This document shows, one piece after another, positions 11,001 through 26,000 of a stretch of 64,000 nucleotides of DNA. Each line of letters opens with the position of its first letter. Positions within the stretch are counted from its first letter, which is position 1. Origin of the DNA: Somniosus microcephalus (lineage: Eukaryota); assembly GCA_052327205.1 (NCBI GenBank), contig CM126222.1, positions 56,358,001 to 56,422,000 on the forward strand, read 5' to 3'. The notes below the pieces were generated by a model that worked only from the letters and a program-made list of their open reading frames with translations, did not search any database and was not told the origin of the DNA. The position numbers were made by a program, and so were the translations under genes.

Positions 11001-14000
11001 ACCACACTGTTATCATCACCTTTTATAGAGTACAGTTAATTTCTGATTTTCCTGCCAATCAGAATATTTGGCCCGTATTTTCCGATCGGAGGCTTCCTGC
11101 GTGCGGATGCCTCCGATCTGGAAAAAATCTACGCCCTTACCTGAGGGCTCCGGAGGTCCGGACATTTCCGCTCCTGGGCCTCTGCTCTACGAAATGCGCA
11201 GGGCCCACGTATCCCAGGGGCGCATGCAGTTCGCAAGCGTCCCTGGGATCACGTGGGCCATGTGGAACCAATGAAAGAAGGGAATCCCCCTTCATACTTT
11301 TGACAGGTGGCTCCGCATAGACCTGTTAAAGGTATGAATGGGGATCACTCAAAAAACACATCAAAACATTAAATAATTTTTTTTTAAATCATGTTTTTAA
11401 AATTATGTTAAATTAAATATTTTAAACAATTTAATTTTTTGAAAAAATAATCATATGTTTACAGGGCTAAAAATAAACTTACCTTTTTTTAAAGTATTTT
11501 AAAATTATAAATGAGTGGGGAAAAAAATATTTTTTACTTTTTTAAACTCTTATGCTGGTAAAAGCAGGCCTAACATATGCTTTTACCAGGTGTAAGATTT
11601 TGAAAGGTTTTCAGCGGGCGGAGGTTGTGCAGAAAGCAGAACTCTCTACCCGCAGAGGCCCTTCTCCAGGGCAGGCGGAGGATGCCGGTTTTCTGCGCGT
11701 GCGCTTCGCATGCCTGAAACCGGCACTTGCGAGGTCCCAACGGGTGTGTACACAGCTCGTACACACCCGTAGGGATCGGAAAATACGGGCCTTTTTGAAG
11801 TGTAGTCACTGTTGTAATGTCCACTGCCATCTTTGATATTACTAAAGAAGCTTGGCTTTCAGAAGGAACATCACTATGTAAGAAATGTTTGTCATAAAAA
11901 AACTTTTAATTAATGCATTTTACATAAAGATTGTGAAGATGTTCAAGAATTTTTTTAAACAGGTGACAATAGATATCTTGGAACAGGACCGTGTAGAAGC
12001 TCTGGAGGACAGGCAGGATCTGATGAAAGAAATGAACTCACTGCGGTTGGGGCTAGATCAGGCTGAACGTCTGAGGAATGAGGTGAGCAACCTAACATTA
12101 GGCTTTGCAAGTGGGTTTGAAGGAGACATTACAAAACTGGAAAACAGTATGGAGAAATGAACACCTCCAATATTTCATCACCTTAACTAGTCCTTTCCCA
12201 TTGCAGGCCGATCTAAATCCCTATTTTGAGATCATAAATGAAACACACAGGCCTTGATTTTAATTCCCTCGCCCAGCGAGAATGGTGCATGGAAGGGGTT
12301 AAGATCAGGCCGAGTCCAGTTACTGGCGTGTGGCCTCACCATTCCTGCCCGGCGACATCTCAACTTCACCGACTTTGAAGTCGGCCGAGGCTCCCGCTGC
12401 ACCAAGCGAGAGCTTAATTTAAAATTAAAGATTGAGACCCGATGAGGTCATCGGCGCTGCAGTGTGATTTTACCTTCTGGACTCGGGAGGCCCGCACGAG
12501 GCCCACTCCTACAGCCGAACCATGGCGGGAGGCACCGACTGGCTAGAAGAAGCCATAGTAAGTATTTAAAAATTACCTTTCTATAAAATCCACATGGGCC
12601 AGGAGGAGGAGGAGGAGAAGCGCTCCTTACAGGCCCCACCAGGAGTCCTTGGGCCTCCCCAGCTTTGGCCTTGCCTCTCCCTCTCGGCGCAGGCATGGGT
12701 ACCAAAGCTCTTGCCCAGCATTAGCTTTATGCTGAGGACTATCCCCTTGGGTCCCCAATGTCCTAAGGTTCCCAAACCGATTTCCGCCCCTACCCGCCAG
12801 CCCTGTCGTCAGTCCTGTTGGTTTCGGGAGGGAGACTGTCCTGGATTATTTAAATGAAGCATGGGGGTTAAAATGGCTGGGCCTCACGCTGAGATCCCCA
12901 TGGGGGTTTCGTCGTCCCCCCCTCGCCCTTCCCAACATGCCCCCTTCCACCCCCCCACCCCCACCATTAAAATCGAGACCATAGAATTTGACTGCATAAG
13001 TTGCAGTCTGCTATTAGAACTTTGTAGAGAATGAAACTTACAGCTTTGGTCGTGTAGACCCTGCACAATCATACCTTATGACTTGATTGGGAGCTTTGCT
13101 TGCCTGTGGCCATATTTGGCCCACACCTTCTGGAACAATTTCAAAAATTATGTAACAGTCAGCAGAATGAAAACTTAACATTTAAAAACAAATGGAAAGT
13201 TTGTATCTGTCACCAGCTACAAAGGCTGAATACATCAAAGTGTGAGAGTAAATGTCAGAGCGGAGATGAAAAAAAAATTGATCGGTTTAAAAAAAAACTT
13301 AAAGGGCAAAAGTTCAGAAGGAGCCAATGTTTCTAACTAAACGAGGAGGGGGGGGATGGTGGCTGATAAAAGAAAAACACTGCAAATGATGAACATCAAA
13401 TAGAATCAGAAATGTGGGAAAATCAGCGTCTGAAAACAGGACAGACAAGTTAACCTTTGAGGTGCCTTCTCTCTTTTCAGTTGCTAACAGACCAAGGGGG
13501 TAGAAATTTGTCTCGGTGGTGGCGCGAAGCGGGCAGTATCGGATCAGATCGGCCGCCCGTTATACGCAGTGCCTGATATTCCTGAAGAGCAGACGCTGTG
13601 TATAACGGGCGGCCGACCCTATACCGCCCAGTTTACCCCACCGCCCGAGACAAGTTTCTACCCCCTGCTGTGCACTTGCACCATTTTCCATTTTTATTTC
13701 AGGATGATGAATTGCTCTGGTTGCTATGTATAGTAAGACTGTAAATTAGTTCATGAAGATTTCCTCTGGTCAATATTTCTGATAACATTGCAAACAAATG
13801 CTTTATGAAGCAGGAAGAAATCTTCATAAACACATTTATAATTTTGCTACATATGGGGACCAGATTTGAAAATTGAGCCAGTTTTTAACCGCAGGCTGGG
13901 TTGGAAAATGGGACCGGGATTAGAAATCCAATTTCAGATTAGAAACAAATCTGATTACCCTCCCGAAACCGACAGGACTGACATCAGGGCTGGCGGGTAG

Positions 14001-17000
14001 GGGCGGAAATCTTGCCAGCCCTGGGGAGGCGGGTATGGAGGCGGGACTGCCGGGAAAATGGCAGAATCTGGGGGCAGGTACCCATCCTGCCCCCAACCTG
14101 CCTCCGTGCCATCTTCCCAGGAGGCGGGTAGCCGACCCGCGCCGGGTCCCGTCTCCTGGAGGCGGGAAGGGGATTACAGCCACTTAACTGCCTGTTAACG
14201 GGCAGTTAAGAGGATTATCCCCATTTTTCCAGGAGAGGCGCGGGCTTCCCAACGTCAGGAAACCCTGCCAGGGTCACCGAGGCAAGCAGTGGGTCTGCAG
14301 GGGTTGGAGGGGTCCAAAAGTGCGCTGTGAAGGTAAGTGATGGCTGCAAGTGTGGAGGGGTAAGTATGTGAGGTGAGTGGAAAGTGATAGAAAATGTTTA
14401 CTTACCTTTGTTTCTTCCTGCAGGCTTCAACAGTTGGGGATGCGGAGAGTCTCGCATCTCACCAGCAGGGATGACAGATGGCTGCTGCATTCTCCGATGC
14501 AACAACCATCTAATTACTGCTAAAGAAAGAGGTTTGATGAATCTTGAATACAAGGACTCATCAAACAACATAGAATGTCAGTGTTTGACAGCTTCACAGA
14601 GCTGTCAAACGATGACAATTCATCTGTCAAAAATGTTTGACAGATGAAACGTCATACGCTTTCGTTCTCTGTAACTGGCTTCCCTTAATTGGCCTGCTAA
14701 GCCCGCTGGGCAGGCTTAACAAGGTCAGTCAAGGGAAAATAGCGTTGGTTGGCCACAAGTCGATGGAGACAGGACGACCCAACAATCAGCAGTCCCACCT
14801 CCAACGCGCCCCCATTGGCAAAATCGCCCCCAAAGATACTGAACAGTGGCAAAAACCAAAATGCAGTAAGGGAACTGGTTAGTCCATACAAACAGTAAAT
14901 TTACCACAACAACTTGCATTTATATAATACCTTTAACATGGAAAAATGTCCCAAGCTGCTTCACAAAGGTGTAAGCTTTCACTATGCCCACAACATGACC
15001 TTTTTCTATAGACCGTAATACAGAACTAATCCACCTTTGTTTTATCAACCTAATATTCTTAAATTTCATCTGATCTTGATTCCTCCAGACCCAGCCTTTG
15101 TCTTTCTCTTCTCTCTGAACTGAGGTTCCCATGAGTTCAAAAGCATTTAAAGTGTTTTACTTTCTTCTGCCCTGCCAGTACCTGGATGAAAAGGAGAATA
15201 TGCTGATGGAATGTGCCACTCTGAAGATTGACTGTGATATGTACAAAGATAAAATTACCTCACTCCAAACACAAGTCTTAGAACTACAAAAGGAACGTGA
15301 TGAGGTAAATAAAATATAACTTTACCTTCCCATTACTGAAGATGGTAACTCCTGCAGCAGTACTGGTGTCAGCAGCCCTGCAGTACCTCGCCCAACTGGC
15401 CATACTTCATATATAAGGCTCATCAGGGAGTACCAGCAGGTTATTCACTGTTTGGGCAATCATGGCCAAACGTAATCCTGTCTTCACTCATGTACTTCCA
15501 GCAAGAATCAGTGGAAGGTGATTGGGAGCAAGAACACTGGTTCCTATTTCTTTTTTTCTCCCATTCCCTAGGATATTGAAACTATTTTGAACATTCCCAG
15601 GGCTGGCTGAGATCATCTAATTCAGCAGTGGCTAGACATAATCATGGGACTTTCCTGATCCAAATGGCACAGTGCCACATTAAGTGGTGCACTTACACAA
15701 TGAGCTATAAAGATCCCTGAATTAATGATCTAGAAGGGGATTTTTATTTCATTGTACTGGGCTGTCTATATGTAATTTTTAAAAATGTACAAATTTTTTT
15801 TTCAATATGCTTCAACCTTCTTGAATACCTACTACTAACCGATGGAAGATAATTGTACCATTTAGAGAGGGAACCATTTGATTAATCAGGCACAGAGCAT
15901 TGTATGATTACTGCTGGAACAATTAACAGTCGGAAAGGTCAAAAATGGTGTGGGTAGTGTATATATTCGGGCAGTTAATGTTGGAGCAGGCAACACTTGT
16001 GAATGTGGTAAATGTAGTTAGGGTACACATTACGTAGTCACTGCTGGAGTAGGTAACAAAAAGGAATGGCACAGACGATGTAGTTAGTTTATATATTCAA
16101 GATGTTACTGCTTTAAAACATTTTTAATGTTGTAATTGGTGCAGTAGTACTGCTTGAGCTGCCGTGGAAAACAGGTAACATTTATAAAGACAGTTTTGCC
16201 TAAAGGCATCTCGGTCTCTACCTGAGAAGAATCTAGAAACTGGGAACCAAGATTCAATGATGGTATGGAAACGGCTAGCCGGTCAGGAAAGAATTCCAGT
16301 TGATCGTACTAAAATTATTTAAACATGGACATTTTCCATATATTATTGAACATAGAAATACATAGAAGTTACAACATGGAAATGGGCCATTTGGCCCAAT
16401 GAGTCCTTGTCAGCATCTACACTCCACACAAGCAAATGGTCCTAATCACAGTTACCCACCTGGTTCCCATATCCCTTCATCTCCTTCTCCTTCAACCATC
16501 ATTGTTTTGCAGAAAACGATTGCCTCTATTCTTTTTTGAGGGTATCTTTCCATCTAATTTTTCATTTTAGATTGTATGTATAAAATAATGCCCTTACAGT
16601 TATATGTTTGGTGCATTACTAAAAGTACCATTTGGCCTTTTGTTATTGAAATCCCAGAACCTTGGACAACAGGAAGATTTATTATTGCAGCAATGTGGTA
16701 CATATGTGAGTGATATCATAATGGCGATCTCACAGTGTAGTGAAAAATAGTAAGGAAGGATATTAGCTCTGATGACGTGGAATCTGTATGGGTAGAGCTG
16801 AGAAATACCAAGGGGCAGAAAATGTTAGTGGGAGTTGTATACAGACCCCCAAACATGCTGCGGTTGGGGATGGCATTAAACGGGAAATTAGAGACGGGTG
16901 CAATAAGGGCACAGCAGTTATCATGGGTGACTTTAATCTACATATAGATTGGGCTAACCAAATTAGTAACAATACTGTGGAGGAGGAATTCCTAGAGTGT

Positions 17001-20000
17001 ATGGTTTCCTGGACCAATATGTTGAGGAACCAACTAGAGATCAGGCCATCTTAGACTGGGTATTATGTAATGAGAAAGGATTAATTAGCAATCTTGTTGT
17101 GCGAGGCCCCTTGGGGAGGAGCGATCATAATATGATAGAATTCCTCATTAAGATGGTGAGTGAAGTAGTTGACTCAGAGACTAGGGTCCTGAATTTAAAT
17201 AAAGGAAACTACGATGGTCTGAGGCGCGAGTTGGGTAGGATGGATTGGGGAACGTTACTTAAAGGGTTGACGGTGGATATGCAATGGCAAACATTTAAAG
17301 ATCGCATGGATGAACTACAGAATTTGTTCATCCTTGTTTGGCATAAAAATAAAACAAAAAAGGTGACTCAACTGTGGCTAACAAGGGAAATTAGGGACAG
17401 CATAAGACCCAAGGAGAGGACATATAAATTGGCCAGAAAAAGCAGCAAACCTGAGGATTGGGAGCAGTTTAGGATTCAGCAAAGGAGGACAAAGGGATTA
17501 ATTAAGAGGGGGGGAAATAGATTATGAGAGTAAGCTTGCAGGGAACATAAAAACTGACTGTAAAAGCTTCTATAGATATGTGAAGAGAAAAAGATTGGTG
17601 AAGTCAAGCGTAGGTCCCTTGCAGTCAGAATCAGGGGAATTTATAATGGGGAACAAAGAAATGGCAGACCAATTAAATACATACTTTAGTTCTGTCTTCA
17701 CAAAGGAGGACACAAATAACCCTCCAGAGATGTCGGGGAACATAGGGTCTAATGAGAGGGAGGAATTGAATGAAATCAGTATTTGTAGGGAAATGGTGTT
17801 AGGGAAATTGACAGCATTGAAGGCCAATAAATCCCCAAGGCCTGATAATCTACATCCTAGGGTACTTAAGGAAGTGACGCTAGAAATAGTAGATGCATTG
17901 CTGGTCATCATCCAAAATTCTATAGACTCTGGAATAGTTCCCATGGATTGGAGGTAGCTAATATAACATCACTATTTAAAAAAGGTGGCAGAGAGAAAAT
18001 GGGGAATTATAGACCGGTAAGCCTGACATCGGTAGTGGGGAAAATGCTAGAGTCCATTATAAAAGATGTAATAGCAGAGCATTTGGAAAACAGTGACAGG
18101 ATCGGACAAAGTCAACATGGATTTACAAAAGGTAAATCATGCTTGACTAATCTACTGGAATTTTTTGAGGATGTAACTGATAGACTAGATAAGGGAGAAG
18201 CAGTGGATGTGGTGTATTTGGACTTTCAGAAGGCTTTCGATAAGGTCCCGCATAAGAGATTGGCGTGCAAAGTTAAAGCACGTGATTGGGGGTCAGGTAC
18301 TGACTTGGATAGAGAACTGGTTGGCAGACAGGAAGCAGAGAGTTGGAATAAACGGGTCTTTTTCCGAGTGGCAGGCAGTGACTAGTGGGGTACCGCAGGG
18401 ATCGGTGCTAGGACCCCAGCTAGTCACAATATATATTAATGATCTAGACGAGGAAACTAGATGTAATATCTCCAAGTTTGCAGATGACGCAAAACTGGGT
18501 GGGCGTCTATGCTGTGAGGAGGATGCAGAGAAACTCCAGTATGATTTGGACAGGTTGGATGATTGGGCAGATGCATGGCAGATGCAGTATAATGTGGATA
18601 AATGCAAGGTTATCCACTTTGGTGGCAAAAACAGGAAGACAGATTATTATCTGTACGGCAATAGATTGGGAAAAGGGGAAGTACAACAAGACCTGGGTGT
18701 CCTTGTGCAACAGTCGCTGAAGGTAAGCATGCAGGTGCAGCAGGCGGTTAAGAAGGCAAATGGTATGTTGGCCTTCATAGCGAGAGGATTCGAGTACAGG
18801 AGCAAGGATGTCTTGCTGCAGTTGTACAGGGCCTTGGTGAGACCACACCTTGAGTATTGTGTGCAGTTTTGGTCGCCTTATCTGAGGAAGGATGTTCTTG
18901 CCATGGAGGGAGTGCAGCGAAGATTCACCAGACTGATACCTGGGATGGCAAGAATGGCGTATGAAGAGAGATTGGGTTGATTAGGCTTATATTCGCTAGA
19001 GTTTAGAAGAATGAGAAGGGATCTCATTGAAACTTATAAAATTCTAACAGGACTAGACAGACTAGATGCAGGAAGGATGTTCCCGATGGCGGGAGAGTCC
19101 AGAACCAGGGGTCACAGCCTAAGGATAAGGGGTAAGCCATTTAGGACTGAGATGAGGAGGAATTTCTTCAACAAGAGAGTGGTGAACCTGTGGAATTCTC
19201 TACCACAGAAGGCAATTGAGGCCAACTTATTAAATATATTCAAGAAGGAGTTAGATATATTTCTTACGGCGAAAGGGATCAAGGGATATGGGGAGAATGC
19301 AGGGACAGAGTACTGAATTTGGATGATCAGCCATGATCTCATTAAATGGCGGAACAGGCTCGAGGGGCCGAATGGCCTACTCCTGTTCCTATCTTCTATG
19401 TTTCTATGATGTAATTATACAGCTCCTTGACTAACACCAATTTTGGAACAACCATGAACACCTCTGATCGTGGCAGGCTAATGATGAGAGCAATGTTGCA
19501 GTGTGTAGTAAATACTTGTTTCTTATTTTTCTACAGGCATATGGGGCCAGGGATGAGGCCCAATTGCAAATTAGCAAAATGATCATAGACAAGGATTCAT
19601 GTCGTCGGCAAGTTATTGAACTACAGGACATGTGCCGTGAGCTGAATAAGGAAATGCTGCAGTTAAGATTAAACAGGGACAGGCAGGAGGTAGGGCAATT
19701 TTTCAGTCCTTGTTCAAAAACAACAGGCTGGGATTTTCATTGTCACCCGATGAGGTGGACAGAGATCATGTCTGATGTCTAAAACAACACGACTGTCTAA
19801 AAATATAAGGACTGATTTTTCCTGACTCGTGTCCCCAGGTATTACGCAGTTTCTCAGGCGCAAAGGTCAGGAAAAAGGGATGGAGAGCTGGGCAACCACC
19901 CTTTTCGCGTTGCCCGGGGATTTCCAGGGTTTTGCAGGGGGTACAGAGCCTGGCCTGCAGCTCCAGTAGGTGCAGGCCCGTCTGAGCCAAATAAGGCTGC

Positions 20001-23000
20001 AATTTCTGTTGAAATGGCTGCCTTGGCACTTCAGTACAGTGGTGCCATGGCCTACCCTCAAGCCCTTGCCAACCGAAGGCACCACAGAGGTACCAGAGCA
20101 GGCCACAACATGAAAGAAGGCCTTTTCTTTGGTTTTAAAAGCTTAACTTGATCAGCAGCCATAAGGTTCCATCTGCAGATGCGCCTCACTTTCCCATCCT
20201 TTTTGCAGACTGCTGGTGGCATATTAGACGGAAGACATTGCGAGCCAGAGGGCGGGGGCTGCACCGCTTCTTGGCTGAAGAGCCTGGGAATCTGAATCTT
20301 AAGGGCAAAAAACAGAAAATGCTCAGCAAGTCAGTCAGTTTCTGTAGAGTGAATAGACAAGTTAAAGTTTCAAGTGTGGACCCTTCATCAGAACTAGGTT
20401 CACGGAAGCTCTACCCCATAAACATTAATTTGTCTGTTTTCTCCACAGCTGCTGTCTGACCTCCTGAGTTTGTCCAGCATTTGACTTTCATCATGTGGGA
20501 TGAATGGGAGCTATGTGAGTTGTTGCGCACAGAGAAGGAGGTGTAGCTGATTTCATATTTATCGAGGGAAGAGGGAAGGCATCGAGACAACAGTTAATGC
20601 AGAGGCCAGATGTTACGTAGAAATGACAACACAGAAACAGGCCGTTTGGCAGAACCAGTCTGTGTTGGTGTTCATTCTCTCCATGAGCGTTAGTCCTAAT
20701 TCCCTGAGCCTGCCCTGTTTACAGATGTGAAAAAAAGAAAGATGAACTTTTATTTATATGTTGGCCCAGAAATTCGGCTCTCCACGGGTGAGTATGCACG
20801 GAATACTCACCTGTGGGCCGAATGGAAGTGCCGGTTTCCTGCATGCACTGCGCATGCGCGGGAAACCGGCACTTCCGATCCTCTGAACGAAGGGGTTCAG
20901 AGGTCGAACGCGCGCACAGGAGAGACTGCGTGTGCGCTTTGAACTTAGTTTTTTTTTGCAGGTTTTCACACGAGGTTAAGCCTGCAGGATTTACACATTT
21001 AAAAAGCAGGTGTAAGGCCTGCCTTTTACAAGGTAAGTGGTCAATTAATTAAAATTAAAACATTTTTTCCACAGGTTTATTATTTTTAAATACTTTAAAG
21101 CAAGGCAAGTTTATTTTTAGCCCTGTTAGAATATAAAATTATTTTTTTCAAAAATTTAAATTATTGTTTAAAATAGTTATTTAATATAATTTATAGTTTA
21201 TTTAAAAAGTGTGATTTAAAAAAAAAAAAATTAATTGAAGGTTTACTGCTATTTTGGGGCCCGTAGTATTTATAAGTTTTGACAGGTCTTCCTGTCAATC
21301 TTATGAATGGGCTTTTCCCTCCTCCGATTGGCTGCCCATGGCCCACGTGATCCCAGGGGATGCATCGCACTTACTACGCCCCTGGGACACACAAGCACAG
21401 CGCACCGGCAGCTGGGCCAGGCCCTGGAGCGGAATTCCACGGGGCCCTACAGCTCAACTGCCGGCGCGCAAGGTAAGTGCAGTTCGGGGGCTTGCACCCG
21501 TGGGAAGCCCCCGACCCGAATTTCTGGGCCAATACCTTTCACAACCTCAGGACGTCCCAAAACGCTTTACAGTCAATGGCGTACTTTTGAAGAGTAGTCA
21601 CTGTTGTAATGTAGGAAACGGGGCAGCCAATTTGTGCACAGAAAGCTCCCGCAAACAGCCATGAAGTAAATGTCCAGATCATTTGTTTTTAGATGCTGGT
21701 TGAGGGATAAATGTTGGCCAGCACACTGAGAGAACTCCCCTGTTCTTCTTGGAATAGTGCCGTCGGATCTTCTACCGCCACCTGAGCGAGCAGATGGGGT
21801 TTCAGTTTAACATCTCATCCAAACGACGGCACCTCCAGCAGTGCAGTACTCCCCCAGTACCGCACTGAATTGTGATCCTAGATTATGTGCTCAGGTCTCC
21901 GGAGCGGGGCTTGAGCCCGCAACCTCCTGACTCAAGTGAGAGTGTTATCACTGAGCCAAGGCTGACCCCTGAAATAGAATGTCTCCTACATGAAAATGCA
22001 CAAATGTCTCTTTGCAGCTGGCATCATGTTGTCCTCCATATTATCTTCATGCTGCTGATGATGACCTTTGCTATCCATGTAGGCCTTTCTTCTCTGAGGC
22101 CTTGAAAATGAGGTCACTTTGTAAGGCAGAGTTTTGCAGCTTGCAACAAACAACAATGATCCGAGAGACCCAACAGGACAATATTGCAGGGTGCCCCCAG
22201 GTCGATCCAGGCACCTGAAGCATACCTTCAACATACCAACAGTCTGCTCAATTATTATTGTGGTGGATGAATACACCTCATTATAAACAAAGGACACACA
22301 TGATGAAACTCGTGGTTTCAGTCAAGTTTGCTATTTACTTCATTGTAGACTTGGAAAAATCCAGATAATATTATGGAAAAGAAGAACATATGGGTTAAAT
22401 TTGCTTCAATTTTCCTTTCTTTATTCCCTGACAGAAAATGATAACGGATAATAAAACCCCAGTACGTGAGAAACCCAAACTGAAGCGTCTGCAAGCAGTG
22501 AACCCCAGGACCATCAGCTGCGAGAGTGATGATAGCAGCAGCAGCCAAAGTGATGTAAGCTTTTCAAATAGTGTACACTTAAAAACAGCAGGAGAAAGAG
22601 AGAAACAGTGATGTGCGACATTACCACTCCCAGAACTGCTGTGCACTAGCCTGAAAATTACTCGCTTCTACAGTGAAAATAAGTCAGACTGAGATTGAAT
22701 TTAAAAAGACTTTGGATCCAAATTTCCTTTTAACAAACAAAATGGGATAAATGCATAGAATTATATAGAATTTACAGCACAGAAACAGGCCATGCAGCTC
22801 AACTAGTCAGTGCCAGTGCTTATGCATCATCCCTCCTCCCACTCTACTTCATCTAACCCTATCAGCATATCCTTCTATTCCTTTCTCCCTCATGTACTTA
22901 CCTAGTGCCTATGTTTTTCCCCATAATGAACAACCCACTAATGAAATTGTGGGAATTCTGAGAATGCTATTTTGGTGGGTCATCCATTACAAAAAAAACA

Positions 23001-26000
23001 TTTCTTCTAGTTTTTGTTTCTTAAAAGGAAGCTTTTCAAAATATTGTTGCACGTAACAAGTTAGTTTCATTATATTTGATTCTTGTACAAAATTTGATAT
23101 AGATATAGATAGACAGATATATACATATATATGAGAGAGAGAGACACATATTTATATATATATGAGAGCGAGAGAGACACATTTACCTAACAAAAATCTA
23201 TTGATTTCAGTCTTGAAAATTTCAATTGACCCAGCATCCACAGGCCTTTTTTGGGGAGAAAGTTCCAGATTTCCACTTCCCTTTGTGTGGAAAAAGTGAC
23301 TCCTGATTTCACTGCTAAATGGCCGAGCTCTAATTTTAAGATTATGTCCCCTTGTTCTGGATTCCCAATTATTTTAATATATGTATCCCACAGCTGTGTA
23401 TTTCATTACTTTTTCTGATGCACCAGTTTGTTTCATTGATAGTTTTATACAAATCTAAAGAAAACCGGAAGCTGTGAGTCACTGTGTAGTGTCAGTTCTT
23501 CCTTCGTTGAGCCACCCAGCAAGGAATCTATCTACAGACGCAAAACTGAAGATGCCATGGAAGAATCATTCAGGTGAGAGAGACAGCGCACACACACCTT
23601 TTCGGTGGTGGCAGCTTGTGTCAAAAATCAGTACTACTGTGCTTTAAACAACTTTCTTTCTGTAAGTCTATGTTCCACCATCCAGTCAAGAGGATGGGTG
23701 GATGATTTGTATTTATTCATTCTCGGGATGTGGGCGTCGCTGGCCAGGCTGGCATTTATTGCCCATTCCTGGTTGCCCTGAGAAGGTGGTTGTAGGCCTT
23801 CTTTCTGAGCTGCAGTTTGATACACCGGAGTGACTTGGTGGGCCCCTTCAGAGGGCAGTTAAGGGTCAACTGGAGTCACAAAGAGACCAGACTGGGTCGT
23901 CGTCGTCGTACGTGTCTTCATACTGTTCCCTTTGGGGAACGGTATGAAGTGGTGGAAGGATTTCTGGCCGCGATTAATGCTCCTTCCGTGACCGTAACCA
24001 TCTTCGTACCGGCCATTAGGGTGGTTAGTCCTATGGCGGGAGGGTTTTACGGGCTCCCACAACCCATACGAGGGGGGGGGGGTGCCACCCACACCCACGG
24101 ACGCAAGTATCCCGCTGGATATCAACCCAGAATTTAGAGCCGGAGCTCCGACTCCACTTGCCAGGACTGTCTGGAGCGGGGTTTGAAACCCTACGCCTTC
24201 TGGCCCAGCGGCGGGGATGCTACTGCTACGCCAAAGGCCCACTCCACCAGACTGGGTAATAACACAAGTTTCCTTCCCTAAAGGACATTAATGGACCAGT
24301 TGGGTTTTTATGACAATCTAACAACTTTGTGGTCATTTTTAGTGAAGACTAAAATGGTGTTGAGTAAGCTGATCTCCGAACCGGGGGCACTATAATTAAC
24401 CTCAATACTCCTCCGTTAGGGAGGAGACAGTCAGCCAGGGATTCTATTTCTCATTACTACCCACGTCAGCTGTGATGCTTTGTCAATAGCCGACCAACAC
24501 TCATTGTCTCGGCTCAAACATGAAGTTTGACCACTTGGGTAAAGTACCAGAGGGTAACAGCCGCCGTGGAACACTACTCCTAAAAAGAGTCAACGTCTTC
24601 AGCAGAAAACTGGGGGGGAGAAGCCTTCTATAGTTGGGTAACATTTCTCTTCTGTTTGTGTTTTTACAGCAACAGACATTATATTGATGACGATACTTTC
24701 ACGTCAGTAGATGATTGCACTGATACTGACAGTTGCAATGAAAATATTCCTGATGTCAGTGAGTTTTCATTTTCTCATTCATGATCTGGGTATAGCACAA
24801 AAGTAGGATAGAAATCTCGGCAACCTGACTCGCCATGTAATAAACTCGATCAGCAACTTGTGACACTAAGAGGCAGCAAGAACCTTTCAGTAGCTCAACT
24901 TAAAGGGCTCGTCCAATCCATACAAGTTATTTACTGGTTTGTCCTTTTAGTCTGCTGGTTAACTTCTGTGTGTTTTTTGCGGTTATTCTCTCTTTTGCAA
25001 CAGATTTGTGATTTCTGCTAACAACTTTGTGCTGATGCTGGACTGTTTTTGTCTGCCTTCAAAATGGTTTTATTGCTGTGGGTGGTCTGGAATGTCTAAC
25101 TTTGGGGCTGAAAGATGAGGAGGGGGGCAGCAAAGAAAACAGGAGAGAGCAGGGTATCTGGGAGAAGAGTGAGGAGGAGGGCACTATGCAGGAGACCACA
25201 GTGGATCTTCAGAGAGCATTTCTCCTATGTTAACGTCACTGAGGAGCAATGTGCCTTCGCTTCACCAAGGATGCTGCCACCAAGGAGGCTGTCACCTGCT
25301 GCAGCTACAACTGGAGCCCCATACCAGGGCAAGGACAGCTCTGACTTTGGCTGTCAAGGTCGCTGTGGCCCTTAACTTTTATACCACGAGGTCATTCCAT
25401 GTTGCAGCAGGTGACATTAGAGACATCTACCAGTTTGCTGTTCCTCGTTCTATCAGGGAGGTCACCGACTGTCTATGCTAGGAGGAAGAGCTACATTACT
25501 TTCTCAATGGATAGAGTGAAGCAAGATGGGAGAGCACTAGGCTTTGCCTGCATTGTAGGCTTCCCCAGGGTCTAAAGTGCCATAGTCTGCAGCCACATTG
25601 TCTTGTGTGCACCCCTTCACCATCCTGGCATCTTTCTGAATAGCGTGTTTGCAGCCACAGGCCACGTATCTTTTTTTTAATTCATTCATGGGATGTGGGC
25701 GTCGCTGGCAAAGCCAGCATTTATTGTCCGTCCCTAGTTGTCCTTGAGAAGGTGGTGGTGAGTTGCCTTCTTGAACCACTGCAGTCCATGTGGTGAAGGT
25801 ACTCCCACAGTGCTGTTAGGGAGGGAGTTCCAGGATTTTGACCCAGCAACGATGAAGGATCGGCGATATACTTCTAAGTCAGGATGGTGTGTGACTTGGA
25901 GGGGAACTTGGAGGTGGTGGTATTCCCATGCGCCTGCTGCCCTTGTCCTTCTAGGTGGTAGAGGTTGCGGGTTTGGGAGGTGCTGCTGAAGAAGTCTTGG

